DNA from: an uncultured cyanobacterium
GTDB taxonomy: Bacteria > Cyanobacteriota > Cyanobacteriia > Cyanobacteriales > Cyanobacteriaceae
Length of the DNA stretch: 64,000 bases
Direction of reading: 5' to 3'
NCBI GenBank assembly: GCA_963710605.1
Contig: CAVQBA010000004.1
Location: forward strand, 1-64,000
Within the stretch, counting starts at the first letter, position 1. Each line of letters begins with the position of its first letter. Shown here one piece after another: positions 21,869-32,878 of the stretch. Below the pieces are notes generated by a model. The model saw only the letters and a program-made list of their open reading frames with translations, did no database searches and had not been told where the DNA came from. The translations under genes were made by a program, and so were the position numbers.

Positions 21869-23284
21869 ATGACTGGTGTGAAATATTCTACTAAGGAAAA
21901 TACACCGTTTGTTTATTGGCGAAAAAGTAGTTTATTAGGTAGATTGATTGGTTTGTTATCCAGGTGGCGATCGAGTAGTTATCTGTTAGACTATAGCAAT
22001 ATTATCGGTACGGTATTAATCTGTTTAGTAATCATTGCCGCCCCTTTTACCAGTAACACGTTAGTCGGGATTCTGTTATTAGCTGGAGGTAGTTTTTGGG
22101 CATTATTAACCATTACCGAAGTCAAAACAAATCAAATCACCTCGATTCATTTATGGTTATTTGCTTATTGGCTTATCTCGGTGGTTGCAACAGCTTTTTC
22201 ACCTTTCAAAGCATTAGCCTTTTCCGGTTTAATCAAGTTTACGCTTTACCTACTCTTTTTTGCTTTAGCTAGTCATACCCTCAGAAAACCCAGATATTTG
22301 TCTTGGGTAATCACAACTTATTTATTAGTATCTTTAATCGTCAGTGCCTATGGTATCAGACAAGAATTTATTGGTGTTGAGCCTTTAGCTACATGGACTG
22401 ACCCTACTTCTGTTTTAGCTAATGATACCAGAGTTTATAGTTATTTAGGTAATCCTAATCTACTCGCTAGTTATTTAATACCCGCAGTCGCATTTAGTTT
22501 AGCGGCGTTGATTTTGTGGCAAACTCTTAGTCAGAAAATATTGGCAGGATTTGCCTTAATCATCAATGTTGCTTGTGTTTACTTTACTGATAGTCGTGGT
22601 GGTTGGATTGCTTTAGTGATGACAGGAGTGGTATTTTTACTTTGTTTTAAATATTGGTGGAATGAATATTTATCTGCTTTTTGGCGTAAATGGCTAATCC
22701 CGATCGTAGTTATTGCTTTTCTGGTATTATTAGCCACAGCAGTTGTTTTTGTTGAGCCATTAAGAATTAGAGTTATCAGTCTTTTTGCCGGGCGTGGAGA
22801 TAGTAGTAACAATTTTCGGATTAATGTTTGGATTGCCATTTTACAAATGCTTAAAGACTATCCTTTAATTGGCATAGGGCCAGGTAATGAAGTTTTTAAT
22901 CAAATGTATCCTCTTTATATGCAAACGAAATTTACCGCCCTTAGTGCTTATTGTGTCTTCCTCGAAATTGCCCTCGAAACAGGTATTTTAGGTATTCTCT
23001 CATTTTTAGCCGTCATCGTGGCAACAGTAATACGATCGATCAAATTAATGATAGATTATAAAATACATAATAATTTACAAGTAATGTGGGTAATCGCATC
23101 TTTAGCATCGATTACAGGTTTAGCAACCCAAGGATTAGTCGATACAGTTTGGTATCGCCCCCAAGTTAATACCCTCTGGTGGTTATGTGTGGCTATCATT
23201 ACAGCCATTCCTTTTACTTACTTATCCTCATCACCAACATCATCAGTTTCTCAATCAACAGCAAACCATTCAATTAACGATTGA
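21869..23284 (+). CDS. ictB: IctB family protein (O-antigen ligase/polymerase-like)
   Basis: RVYSYLGNPNLLASYL, GRGDSSNNFRINVW, DTVWYRPQV. Confidence 0.93.
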   Translation: MTGVKYSTKENTPFVYWRKSSLLGRLIGLLSRWRSSSYLLDYSNIIGTVLICLVIIAAPFTSNTLVGILLLAGGSFWALLTITEVKTNQITSIHLWLFAYWLISVVATAFSPFKALAFSGLIKFTLYLLFFALASHTLRKPRYLSWVITTYLLVSLIVSAYGIRQEFIGVEPLATWTDPTSVLANDTRVYSYLGNPNLLASYLIPAVAFSLAALILWQTLSQKILAGFALIINVACVYFTDSRGGWIALVMTGVVFLLCFKYWWNEYLSAFWRKWLIPIVVIAFLVLLATAVVFVEPLRIRVISLFAGRGDSSNNFRINVWIAILQMLKDYPLIGIGPGNEVFNQMYPLYMQTKFTALSAYCVFLEIALETGILGILSFLAVIVATVIRSIKLMIDYKIHNNLQVMWVIASLASITGLATQGLVDTVWYRPQVNTLWWLCVAIITAIPFTYLSSSPTSSVSQSTANHSIND

Positions 23285-23401
23285 CAATTAACAATTAACA
23301 ATCAACAATTAAAGTAAAGGACAATCTTCATACTCACAAAAGGTAAGGTTAAACTATCAAAAAAGTATAGGTTTAATATTTTAAAATTACCTGATACAGT
23401 A

Positions 23402-24133
23402 GTGACGATTACTATAATAACTAAGCTATTATCAATTATCAATTATCAATTGTCAATTATAAATTATCAATTCATACCAATTAGTTGCGTCGCTATTTAT
23501 CTAGTGACGTTATTGTTAATCGCCGAAATTTTGAGCCGTTTTCAAAAATTAGATGGCGAATTAACCCGTAAAATAGTTCACATAGGCACAGGTAATGTCA
23601 TCCTCTTAGCTTGGTGGCTGAAGATTACTGGTGATGTTATTATTGGGGCTTCTGTAGTTGCTAGTTTAGTCGCTATCACTTCTTATTTTTTACCGATTTT
23701 ACCTAGTGTTAATGGTGTCGGTAGAAAAAGTTTAGGTACTTTATTTTATGCTGTGAGTATTGGCATTTTGGTAGCTTTGTTTTGGCAACCAGATAACCAA
23801 CAATTTACAGCGATTGGTATTTTGGTGATGAGTTATGGAGATGGTATGGCGGCATTAATCGGGCAAAGGTGGGGTAAACATCCTTATCAGGTTTGGGGTA
23901 ATAAAAAAAGCTGGGAAGGCTCTTTAACCATGACTTTAGTGGCTTTTGTGGTTACGATCGGTATTTTGTCTTTCGCTAACCCTTGGCATTGGCAATATTT
24001 AATAATTGCTTTTGTTGTCGGTATTTTTGCTACAATTTTAGAAACTTTTTCTCAAGTCGGAATTGATAATTTTACTGTTCCTGTTGGTAGTGCTTTAACT
24101 ACTTATTATTTATATTCTATTTTAATCAGCTAA
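23402..24133 (+). CDS. Phytol/dolichol kinase family membrane protein (start uncertain; N-terminus overlaps a heptamer repeat)
   Basis: TRKIVHIGTG, GDGMAALIG, KSWEGS, GIDNFTVP. Confidence 0.85.
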   Translation: MTITIITKLLSIINYQLSIINYQFIPISCVAIYLVTLLLIAEILSRFQKLDGELTRKIVHIGTGNVILLAWWLKITGDVIIGASVVASLVAITSYFLPILPSVNGVGRKSLGTLFYAVSIGILVALFWQPDNQQFTAIGILVMSYGDGMAALIGQRWGKHPYQVWGNKKSWEGSLTMTLVAFVVTIGILSFANPWHWQYLIIAFVVGIFATILETFSQVGIDNFTVPVGSALTTYYLYSILIS

Positions 24134-24261
24134 AACAAACAATTTAATTATCTTTTATAGATATTATTAAATTAATTAATAACAATATTTTTAAATATAT
24201 ATTTTGTGTATTTAAAGATATTAATTATTAATTATTAATTATTAATTATTAATTACTAACT

Positions 24262-25125
24262 ATGTATAATATTGCCGTTACACAAGAAGAATACCTAACT
24301 TATATTTTAAAAGATCTCAATAGTAATGCTCGTTTAGAAGTCGTCCCCGAAAAAGGTGGAATTATCTCTAAATGGAGTTTAGAAGGACAAGATATTTTAT
24401 ATTTAGATAGAGAAAGATTTAAAAATCCTAATCTAAGTGTCAGGGGTGGAATCCCAATTTTATTTCCTATTTGTGGTAATTTGCCTGACAATATTTTTTA
24501 TTATAAAGGAGAAAAATATAACCTAAAACAACATGGTTTTGCCAGAGATTTACCTTGGACAGTATTAGGGCAATCAACAGGTGAATCAGCTAAAATGATT
24601 ATTTGTTTAAAAAGTAACGAAGAAACTTTAGAAGTATATCCTTTTGAATTTGAGCTAGTTTTTAGTTACGAAATACAAGGAAATAAACTGATAATTAATC
24701 AGTCATATGAAAATAAATCTCAAGTAGAAATGCCAATATCTTTTGGTTTCCACCCTTATTTTGCTTGTGGCGATAAAAATAAAATAGATTTAGATTTTCC
24801 CGCCGAAGAATATCAATCAAAAACAGGTGAGCAAACACATCCTTTTAATGGTCAACTAGATTATAATGTCGATGAGATTGATATTGCCTTTACTAAAGTT
24901 AAAGCACAAAAAGCTTCTTTTACTGACCACGATCGTGATTTAAAAGTAACCTTAACTTATAGTGACTGTTTTTCTACTCTTGTTTTTTGGATGCTGAAAG
25001 AAAAGAATTACATTTGTGTTGAACCTTGGAGTTCTCCTCGTAACAGTATTAATACAGGAGAAAAATTAATTGTTTTACCTCCAAATGAAGTTTATGAAGC
25101 AGAATTTACTTTAGAGGTAAGTTAG
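24262..25125 (+). CDS. Aldose 1-epimerase family protein
   Basis: RGGIPILFPICG, HGFAR, GFHPYF, CVEPW. Confidence 0.9.
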   Translation: MYNIAVTQEEYLTYILKDLNSNARLEVVPEKGGIISKWSLEGQDILYLDRERFKNPNLSVRGGIPILFPICGNLPDNIFYYKGEKYNLKQHGFARDLPWTVLGQSTGESAKMIICLKSNEETLEVYPFEFELVFSYEIQGNKLIINQSYENKSQVEMPISFGFHPYFACGDKNKIDLDFPAEEYQSKTGEQTHPFNGQLDYNVDEIDIAFTKVKAQKASFTDHDRDLKVTLTYSDCFSTLVFWMLKEKNYICVEPWSSPRNSINTGEKLIVLPPNEVYEAEFTLEVS

Positions 25126-25251
25126 ATAATTGAGAATTGTTCAGTAAGAGAATTGAGAATTAATAATATCTTTTGCATGAGTGCCTCTTGCCTATCTTAA
25201 CTCTTAAATATTAATTTTCAACTTCTTTTCATTCTTGTTTATTCTTTATTT

Positions 25252-25290
25252 GTCCGAATTCCGACTTCCGAATTCCGAATTCCGACTTCA
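25252..25290 (+). repeat. Heptamer tandem repeat (TTCCGAA/TTCCGAC) x5
   Basis: tccgaattccgacttccgaattccgaattccgacttc read directly. Confidence 0.8.
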
Positions 25291-25345
25291 CTTATTATCT
25301 GTGTCATAATCAGTACTAGTATTTTAGAAATTTAGATCTTAACAG

Positions 25346-26443
25346 ATGAGTAAAAACTTAATTTTTGGTATTTTACTAGTATTTATTCCGATTTCAGTGG
25401 CAGGGCATTTCCTCGGTTGGAGTGACGGAGTAATTTTTTTGACGGCTGGTTTGGCTATTGTACCATTAGCCGCATTTATGGGTGCCGCTACTGAGGAAAT
25501 CGCTGTAGTTGTAGGACCAAATTTAGGTGGCTTACTTAATGCAACTTTCGGTAATGCCACAGAATTGATTTTGGCTTTTATCGCTCTTAAAGGTGGCTTA
25601 TTACAAGTAGTGAAAGCAACTATCACAGGTTCAATTATCAGTAACTTATTACTGGTGATGGGATTTTCGATGTTTTTAGGTGGTTTACGTTACAAAGAAC
25701 AAAATTTCCAACCTACTGCCGCCCGTTTAAACGCTTCAGTGATGAATTTGGCAGTAATTGCTATTTTATTACCGACAGCAGTACAATACACTTCTACAGG
25801 TATTGATGAAAGTAGTTTACAACTTCTTTCGGTTGCCGTAGCAGTCGTTTTAATTACTGTTTATGTCTCCACTTTACTTTTTTCGATGAAAACCCACTCT
25901 TATTTATATGATGTTGGGGTTGCTGAAAATGAACCAGAAGAAGAAAGCGAATCTCCTCAAGAAAAACCGAATATATGGTTATGGGTAGGTGTGTTACTTG
26001 TCGTGACTTTAGCCGTCGCAGTCGAGTCAGAATTATTAGTTGATACTTTAGAAGCCGCTACCGTCGATTTAGGTTTACCTGCTTTATTTACAGGGGTAAT
26101 TCTGTTACCTATTATCGGTAATGCCGCTGAACACGCAACGGCTGTTACAGTAGCAATGAAGGATAAAATGGATTTATCTGTATCTGTCGCATTAGGCTCA
26201 AGTATGCAGATTGCTTTGTTTGTCGCTCCTGTATTGGTTATCGCTGGTTGGATAATTGGGCAACCAATGGATTTGAATTTTAATCCTTTTGAGTTAGTCG
26301 CAGTAGGGGTTTCAGTTTTGATTGCTAATTCTATCAGCTCAGATGGTAATTCTAATTGGTTAGAAGGTATTTTGCTCATCGCAACTTATGCCGTAATTAG
26401 TTTAGCTTTCTTTTTCCATCCCGTTATCGAAGGTTTTGCTTAA
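25346..26443 (+). CDS. cax: Ca2+/H+ antiporter
   Basis: NATFGNATEL and GNAAEH alpha repeats. Confidence 0.95.
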   Translation: MSKNLIFGILLVFIPISVAGHFLGWSDGVIFLTAGLAIVPLAAFMGAATEEIAVVVGPNLGGLLNATFGNATELILAFIALKGGLLQVVKATITGSIISNLLLVMGFSMFLGGLRYKEQNFQPTAARLNASVMNLAVIAILLPTAVQYTSTGIDESSLQLLSVAVAVVLITVYVSTLLFSMKTHSYLYDVGVAENEPEEESESPQEKPNIWLWVGVLLVVTLAVAVESELLVDTLEAATVDLGLPALFTGVILLPIIGNAAEHATAVTVAMKDKMDLSVSVALGSSMQIALFVAPVLVIAGWIIGQPMDLNFNPFELVAVGVSVLIANSISSDGNSNWLEGILLIATYAVISLAFFFHPVIEGFA

Positions 26444-26474
26444 TTTAAGTAAGAGGGAATAGGGTATAGGGAAT

Positions 26475-26550
26475 AGTAGGGTGGGCATTGCCCACCTAAA
26501 AGTTAAGAGTTAAGAGTTAAGAGTTAAAAGTTAAAAGTTAAAAGTTAAAA
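26475..26550 (+). repeat. REP-like palindrome followed by (AGTTAAR)n heptamers
   Basis: GTAGGGTGGGCATTGCCCACC hairpin, then about 7 AGTTAAG/AGTTAAA units. Confidence 0.7.
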
Positions 26551-26840
26551 ATAGTTGTTACCCACCATCAATTATCATAATGAGGGCTGACAAAATACGT
26601 TTAATAAATTAAACTCGATCGAACTCAAACTATTTAATTCATTTTATTTCATAGACATCTTTTAATAATTACTCAACTCAAATGCGAAGGTTAAAATCCC
26701 AAATTCTCGAACCTTAATCATTAGTTGTTAGGCTCATTATTTTATTCTCTTTCAACTAAGACGATCGATTAAAATAAAGATTAATACTCCATTATAAAAA
26801 TTATTTTTTCTTAATAACTATCAACTATTAACTATTTATC

Positions 26841-27536
26841 ATGAATGAAGACGATACAGGTTTGAATATATTGGCAATTAGTATTTTTGTCATTACTTTA
26901 ACCGTTTTAGGTGGTCCAATATTACATATTTCTCCTTATATTCCTGCAACCATAACTTTTGTCGCCTTGAGTTTAATTACTGTCGATACTCTAGCGTGGG
27001 AAAATCAAGGTACTAATCTATTTGTTAATTTATTTGCCTCTAAGGAGCAAAAAGAACGAATTATTTACCACGAGGCAGGACATTTTTTGTTAGCCCATTT
27101 ATATCAAATTCCGATTACTGGTTATACTTTAACTCCTTGGGAAGCATTTAGAGCGAATATCAAAAATTCGGCTTCTGGAGGGGTGGTTTTTGATACTAGT
27201 TTTTTAGAAGATAAACCGCAAAAAATGAGAGATTTTAACAAAACGATCGATCGCTTTGGTGTAGTCTTAATGGCAGGTATCGCCGCTGAAAAAACTATTT
27301 ACGAAGATAGTAAAGGTGGAGAAGAAGATAAACATATATTTCGTAGTCTTTATGGCGATATTGGTTTTAATTCTACTCAATACAAAACCAAACAACGAAC
27401 AGCTATTTTACAAGCTAAAACTATTATCGAAGAAAATAAAGATACTTATTTAGCATTAGTCGCTCATATGAAACAACGACAACCAGTAAATGAATGTCAA
27501 AAATTAGTTAATAAGCAATTAATTTTGAACAATTAA
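26841..27536 (+). CDS. Peptidase M41-like (FtsH protease domain only) membrane protein
   Basis: YHEAGHFL zinc motif and MAGIAAE, no ATPase domain. Confidence 0.85.
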   Translation: MNEDDTGLNILAISIFVITLTVLGGPILHISPYIPATITFVALSLITVDTLAWENQGTNLFVNLFASKEQKERIIYHEAGHFLLAHLYQIPITGYTLTPWEAFRANIKNSASGGVVFDTSFLEDKPQKMRDFNKTIDRFGVVLMAGIAAEKTIYEDSKGGEEDKHIFRSLYGDIGFNSTQYKTKQRTAILQAKTIIEENKDTYLALVAHMKQRQPVNECQKLVNKQLILNN

Positions 27537-27663
27537 TAAATATATCTTTTACTGTCTTAACTGTTTGCTGTTAATGCACGATCGATCGATAATTTGTTAG
27601 GCTACAATACAGCAATATATTAATCATCTTCTATCAACTATTAACTATTAACTATTAATTATT

Positions 27664-27885
27664 ATGACTGAATCTGTCACCGACACAACGAATGTCACTC
27701 AAACCACTGAGTTGAACGAAACTACCACCACAGAAGAATCTTCAGGTGAGCAAGTTAAAGATAGTTACGTCAAATTAGCAATGCGTAACATGGTGAAGAA
27801 AAAAGGAATATCTTTAAATCATTTCTTTTTAACCACCATCGGTTTACTCGGTTTTTTAATCGGTGTCTCTTATCTCACAAGGTAA
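27664..27885 (+). CDS. DUF3285 family protein
   Basis: SYVKLAMRNMVKK...HFFLTTIGLLGFLIGVSYLTR. Confidence 0.85.
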   Translation: MTESVTDTTNVTQTTELNETTTTEESSGEQVKDSYVKLAMRNMVKKKGISLNHFFLTTIGLLGFLIGVSYLTR

Positions 27886-27967
27886 AATTATTACCGACAT
27901 CAAAATTATTGAGCGAATTTTTTTTACCTCTGTTAAACTTGATACTTAAAAGAGTGTGTAAATCAAA

Positions 27968-30900
27968 ATGGAAGTCTCAACTCTGTTAGTCAAACCAATC
28001 GCTCGTTTAACTCAATTAATGTTTTTAGCGATTACTGTTTTGATTTATAGTGTAATTGCGATGGCGATTGCTAATTCTTTGTTTGTGACTCATATAGGTG
28101 CTCAAAATTTACCTCTAGCCTTTATCTTAATTGGTTTATGTTCTTTTCCTGCTTACGCTATTTTTTCACAAATTATCGATCGTTACAGTCGTCCGCAATT
28201 ATTCCGTTATATCCTAATTATTTCTATCTTCATTATTTTAGGATTAAGATTTTTACTCACTTTTGATCATCCTGCGGTTTATTACCTTCTTTTAATTGCC
28301 GTTTTCTTTCAATGGGACTTCCATAATAATATCCTCTATCCGGGACTTCTAACCGATTATTTCACGAGTTTGGAGTATAAACGTTATGCTCCCTATCTTG
28401 GTATCGCTCAGGCTGTAGGGACGATGTTAGGCGGCGGTATAACGATCGTTTTATCTAATTATTTTAAAACCAGAGATTTATTATTTTGTTTGCCGATTGT
28501 TTTTATCATCTCTTTTTGGCAACTGATTTATCTAGAAAACTCCCAAAGACGTTTAGATAATATTGCTACTTCTCCTAAAATCGGTATCATCGAATCAATA
28601 AAAAGTTTTCCTGAGATAGTTAAACGTTACCCGATCGTTTTATTCTTAGCAAGTAGTAGTTTTTTGTTAGTCATCATCTACATTAGCTCAGAATTTCTTT
28701 GGTTTAATATTTATAGTCAATATTTTAGTGAAGAAGAATTAACTAGTTTTCTTGGTTTGATGCGGATTGTAATTAGTTTGGTGCAAGTGATTGTGCTTTA
28801 TGTCATCATTCGCCCTTTACTAACTAAGTTAGGAGTAGCTAAGATGAATACTGTTTATCCGCTCACTACTTTAGCGAGTTTTTGTGGATTACTTTTAAAC
28901 TTTGGTTTAGGTACAGGAATCACTTTACAGCTTAATGGTGATGCACTTTATAAAGCCGTTAATCTTCCCGTACATCAGTTAAACTACAATAGTATTCCAC
29001 AAGAATTTATTGGGCGAGTACGTACTTTGAGTGACGGTATTATTTACTCTGTGGGCTTAACTTTAGCAGGGGTGATATTGTGGTTTTGTCATCTTTATTT
29101 GAGTTTGATACAAATTACTTGGTTAGCAATGGGTTTGACTATAATTTTGTTATTAATTCGTTTACCGATGGGTAAATATTATGCTCAAGGTTTAGAGGAT
29201 ATGATTCGTAGTGATACGATTTATCTTGATGAATTTAGTCTTTTACAACAAACGAAATTACCTCCTCAATCAAATATTGCAATTCGTGAATTATTAAGTA
29301 GCGACAATCGTTATGTGCAACTTAAAGGTTTAGAATTAGCGAGTAAACTAGATAATCAGGTTCAATTTTTACCCGAAGTCGAACAACTGTTATTAACGGG
29401 TGAATCTTCCTTACGTCAAGAAGTTATCCGTTTATTTTCCCAAAGTAGTAATGAAGAAGAAACAATCGATATATTTAACAATTTACTACATACTTCTACT
29501 AACTCTGTATTAAAGGCAACGGCATTAGAAATTTTGATTATCAATCAAGATGATTTTAGTGATGATAAAAATAGAATCAACTTGTTACTACAAGATAGCG
29601 ATTCTCAAATTAAAATTTTAGCAGGTGTAGCAATCGTCCAAAACGATCGATTTTTTAGTGAAGAGACAATAACTACTGCTTGGAAAATAATCAAAGAATC
29701 TTCCTTAAGTGAAGAAACGATTAAAGCAATTATCCGCATCATTATTTATACTCACCCCAATTATCAATCGAATTTATCTCCGATTGCCAAACAATTAGGA
29801 TTACCAAAAAAAGGATTTTTCTCATCATTTGTCTCAGGTTTCAATGCACCAGAATTTGATAAATCTGAACACCAATTATTAGAGTTTGTTCAAGAAATAT
29901 TACCTCAAGCAAGTCTAGAAACAAAGCAAGAAGCATTAGAAGGATTGAGTACAATTACGACAAACGATAACCGTGATTTAGTGCAATTAGCACTTCAAGA
30001 AATTACTCACGAAAAGCCTGAAGTTAGAATAGCGGCGTTTAAATTGTTAGCGAGTAACCCTGATTCAATTATATTACCTCACCTCAAAACAGGATTAGTT
30101 GATAATCAGGCTCAAGTACGTCGGCAAGTAGCTAAAACATTGACTGTCTATGGACAAGAAGGATTAGCTGTGGCGAAAGAAAATTTATCTTCTAACCAAA
30201 AACCAGTTGTTGATACTGCTATCTGGGCAATTGCTCAATTCAAAACTCGCCAAGCTAATGATATTTTATTTCAATACCTTACCCCCAAATTTGAACAACT
30301 TAATCGTACTCGAAAATGGCAAGAACAAATACCACAAAATGATCCTCATTGGCAACTTTTAGCGATCGCTATCAATGATTTTCATCAACGTTTAATTACT
30401 CAAGTCTTAGACATATTATCTTGTTTAGGTTATTCTCGTACAGTGGATGCAGTCACTCGAATTTTAACTACTAATAATCAAAAAGACTTAGCTAATGCGG
30501 TGGAGTTGTTAGTTTCTTTACGTCATCGTCGTTTTGTTTTACCTTTAGTGCCATTACTCGAAAAAATAGTTCAACCTGAATTAACTAAATCTGAGATACA
30601 AGTAAATCCAAAATGGTTAAGGAAAAAAGGTTATAACGTTCTATTAGAAGCATTAGAATCTAAACAGCGATGGATAACTATCGGTGCGTTAACTGCTTTG
30701 GCGATGATACCATCTACCTTACTCCAAGATAGCGATCAAATTGTTCGATCGATCGCTTCGCAGATGTTTCCCAATTCTACTTCATTTACTTCCCCCAATA
30801 ATTTATCTATGAATCGATTACTTTTACTCAAAAATGTGGCTTTATTTAAAAATCTTTCTTTAGATGAATTATTTTTGATTGATCAAGCCTTAGAGCAACA

Positions 30901-31264
30901 ACAAGTATTAAGCGATGAGGTGATTTATACTGAAGGTAGCTGGGGTGAATATCTTTACATTATCGCTCAAGGTAAAGTCAGAATTGTTAAAAAAATTGAT
31001 GACGAGGAAAAAGAAATTCGAGTATTATCTGAAGGGCAATATTTTGGTGAAATTGCTTTATTTGATAATGCTACTCGTTGGGATGGTACGATTGCGATCG
31101 AGGATTGTACTTTGCTTAAGTTAGAAAAAAAACGTTTTATTAGTTTAATCACTCAACGCCCTCATATTATTCTTGAAATTTGTCGTTTCCTTAGCCAGCG
31201 GTTACGAGAAACTGACAAATATATTTCTCAATCGAAAAAAGTAATCACTGAAAGTAATATATAA
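27968..31264 (+). CDS. MFS/Npt-like transporter fused to HEAT repeats and a C-terminal cNMP-binding domain
   Basis: About 11-12 N-terminal TM segments, helical HEAT-like middle, C-terminal LYIIAQGKV...YFGEIALF. Confidence 0.8.
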   Translation: MEVSTLLVKPIARLTQLMFLAITVLIYSVIAMAIANSLFVTHIGAQNLPLAFILIGLCSFPAYAIFSQIIDRYSRPQLFRYILIISIFIILGLRFLLTFDHPAVYYLLLIAVFFQWDFHNNILYPGLLTDYFTSLEYKRYAPYLGIAQAVGTMLGGGITIVLSNYFKTRDLLFCLPIVFIISFWQLIYLENSQRRLDNIATSPKIGIIESIKSFPEIVKRYPIVLFLASSSFLLVIIYISSEFLWFNIYSQYFSEEELTSFLGLMRIVISLVQVIVLYVIIRPLLTKLGVAKMNTVYPLTTLASFCGLLLNFGLGTGITLQLNGDALYKAVNLPVHQLNYNSIPQEFIGRVRTLSDGIIYSVGLTLAGVILWFCHLYLSLIQITWLAMGLTIILLLIRLPMGKYYAQGLEDMIRSDTIYLDEFSLLQQTKLPPQSNIAIRELLSSDNRYVQLKGLELASKLDNQVQFLPEVEQLLLTGESSLRQEVIRLFSQSSNEEETIDIFNNLLHTSTNSVLKATALEILIINQDDFSDDKNRINLLLQDSDSQIKILAGVAIVQNDRFFSEETITTAWKIIKESSLSEETIKAIIRIIIYTHPNYQSNLSPIAKQLGLPKKGFFSSFVSGFNAPEFDKSEHQLLEFVQEILPQASLETKQEALEGLSTITTNDNRDLVQLALQEITHEKPEVRIAAFKLLASNPDSIILPHLKTGLVDNQAQVRRQVAKTLTVYGQEGLAVAKENLSSNQKPVVDTAIWAIAQFKTRQANDILFQYLTPKFEQLNRTRKWQEQIPQNDPHWQLLAIAINDFHQRLITQVLDILSCLGYSRTVDAVTRILTTNNQKDLANAVELLVSLRHRRFVLPLVPLLEKIVQPELTKSEIQVNPKWLRKKGYNVLLEALESKQRWITIGALTALAMIPSTLLQDSDQIVRSIASQMFPNSTSFTSPNNLSMNRLLLLKNVALFKNLSLDELFLIDQALEQQQVLSDEVIYTEGSWGEYLYIIAQGKVRIVKKIDDEEKEIRVLSEGQYFGEIALFDNATRWDGTIAIEDCTLLKLEKKRFISLITQRPHIILEICRFLSQRLRETDKYISQSKKVITESNI

Positions 31265-31379
31265 AAGATTTTGATACCGATTTTCAAAATAAAGATTTAC
31301 CGATAATATTAATGGTGAAAGTAATGTTATCGCATTAAGATAGAGTTTAATTAAGTAGAAGATTTGCTATATTCGTTAA

Positions 31380-32432
31380 TTGCGAACAGAAGATATGCCA
31401 GAATCTTTAAAAAGAGTATTTAGTGGAGTCATATTTTTCGCTATCTCGATCGTTGTTGCTATCATTGGTTATATGATGTTCGGTTGGACATTACTCGAAT
31501 CAGTTTATATGGTAGTGATTACCATTTTTGGTGTCGGTTATGGAGAAGTTAAGCCTTTAGAAACTCCCGCCCAGAAAATTTTTACGATGGGTGTAATTCT
31601 AGCAGGTACATCTTCTGCTATTTATGGTATAGGAGGTTTTGTTTCTATGATTACAGAAGGTGAAATCAATCGAGCATTTACCGCTCAACGTCAGAAAAAA
31701 TCGATCGAACATCTTGATAATCACATAATAATTTGCGGTTTTGGACATATCGGGCAAGTATTAGCCCAACAACTAACCGAAGTAGAACAAAGTTTCGTCA
31801 TCATTGAGATCAATAGCGAAAGTATCGAATTAGCTCAAACCAAAGACTATTTAACTCATTTAGGCGATGCTACCGACGAAAACACGCTAACTGCTGTCGG
31901 CATCGAAAAAGCTAAGGTTTTAGTCACCGTTTTACCCACAGATGCCACTAATCTTTTTATCACCTTAACCGCTCGTGAATTAAATAAAGACTTATTAATT
32001 TTGGCTAGAGGAGAAATACCCTCCACGGAAAAAAAATTAAAACTCGCAGGAGCAAATCATGTTATATTACCTGCGGCAGTTAGTGGCTCAAGAATTGCTA
32101 ATCTAATTACTCGCCCGACAACTTTAGATTTTTTAGGGCAAAAAGAAGGACAAAATTATCTCAATGATATATTAAATCAAATTGAGGTAACAATGGATGA
32201 ATTAACGGTTAGTGAAACTTCTCCTTTGATTGGTAAAACAGTTCGAGAATTAGAGATTAGAGGAAAAGGAGCATTTATTATTATTGCCTTACGACGTAAA
32301 AATGGAGAGATAGTTAGTCATCCTCACCCTACTTTTTTACTTAATAATCAAGATACTTTGATTGTGTTAGGGCATCAAGAAGATTTACCGCAATTCGCTC
32401 GTTATTATAGGTTAACTTTTATTAAATCTTGA
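31380..32432 (+). CDS. Potassium channel with TrkA-N/TrkA-C (RCK) domains
   Basis: GVGYGEV filter, IICGFGHIG, GDATDE. Confidence 0.92.
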   Translation: MRTEDMPESLKRVFSGVIFFAISIVVAIIGYMMFGWTLLESVYMVVITIFGVGYGEVKPLETPAQKIFTMGVILAGTSSAIYGIGGFVSMITEGEINRAFTAQRQKKSIEHLDNHIIICGFGHIGQVLAQQLTEVEQSFVIIEINSESIELAQTKDYLTHLGDATDENTLTAVGIEKAKVLVTVLPTDATNLFITLTARELNKDLLILARGEIPSTEKKLKLAGANHVILPAAVSGSRIANLITRPTTLDFLGQKEGQNYLNDILNQIEVTMDELTVSETSPLIGKTVRELEIRGKGAFIIIALRRKNGEIVSHPHPTFLLNNQDTLIVLGHQEDLPQFARYYRLTFIKS

Positions 32433-32647
32433 TTCTAAATTGTACATATTTTGCTCCTGATTTAACAACATAATATTTTTCAAGATCGTCAATAATCTGC
32501 TGAGCTTGGTTTTAGTCAATTTGAAGACTAATAAAACATCGATAACGAAAATAGAGATTTTCCTGAAAACACCGAATTACTTTTCTTAAAGGACGTATTA
32601 CCTCAATCGCTTTTATAATTTAATTAATCATCTCAACTACTAAAAAA

Positions 32648-32878
32648 ATGGAGATAACTAAAAAACAATTCAAAGCTCAAATCGATGAACTTTTAGATAC
32701 ATTAAATCTAAGTAATGAAGAAATTATTATCGTAGATGAAGGTAAACCTTTATTTAAAGTTTCTAAATATCCCCAAAAATATCTTAGTACAACAGAATTA
32801 TTTGCTTCTGTACGAGGTAAAGTAAAATATTATGAAGATTTAACAACTCCAACTACCGAAGAATGGAGCAATCTATGA
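32648..32878 (+). CDS. Phd/YefM-like antitoxin
   Basis: KKQFKAQ...EEIIIVDEGKP; ATGA overlap with the PIN gene. Confidence 0.8.
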   Translation: MEITKKQFKAQIDELLDTLNLSNEEIIIVDEGKPLFKVSKYPQKYLSTTELFASVRGKVKYYEDLTTPTTEEWSNL

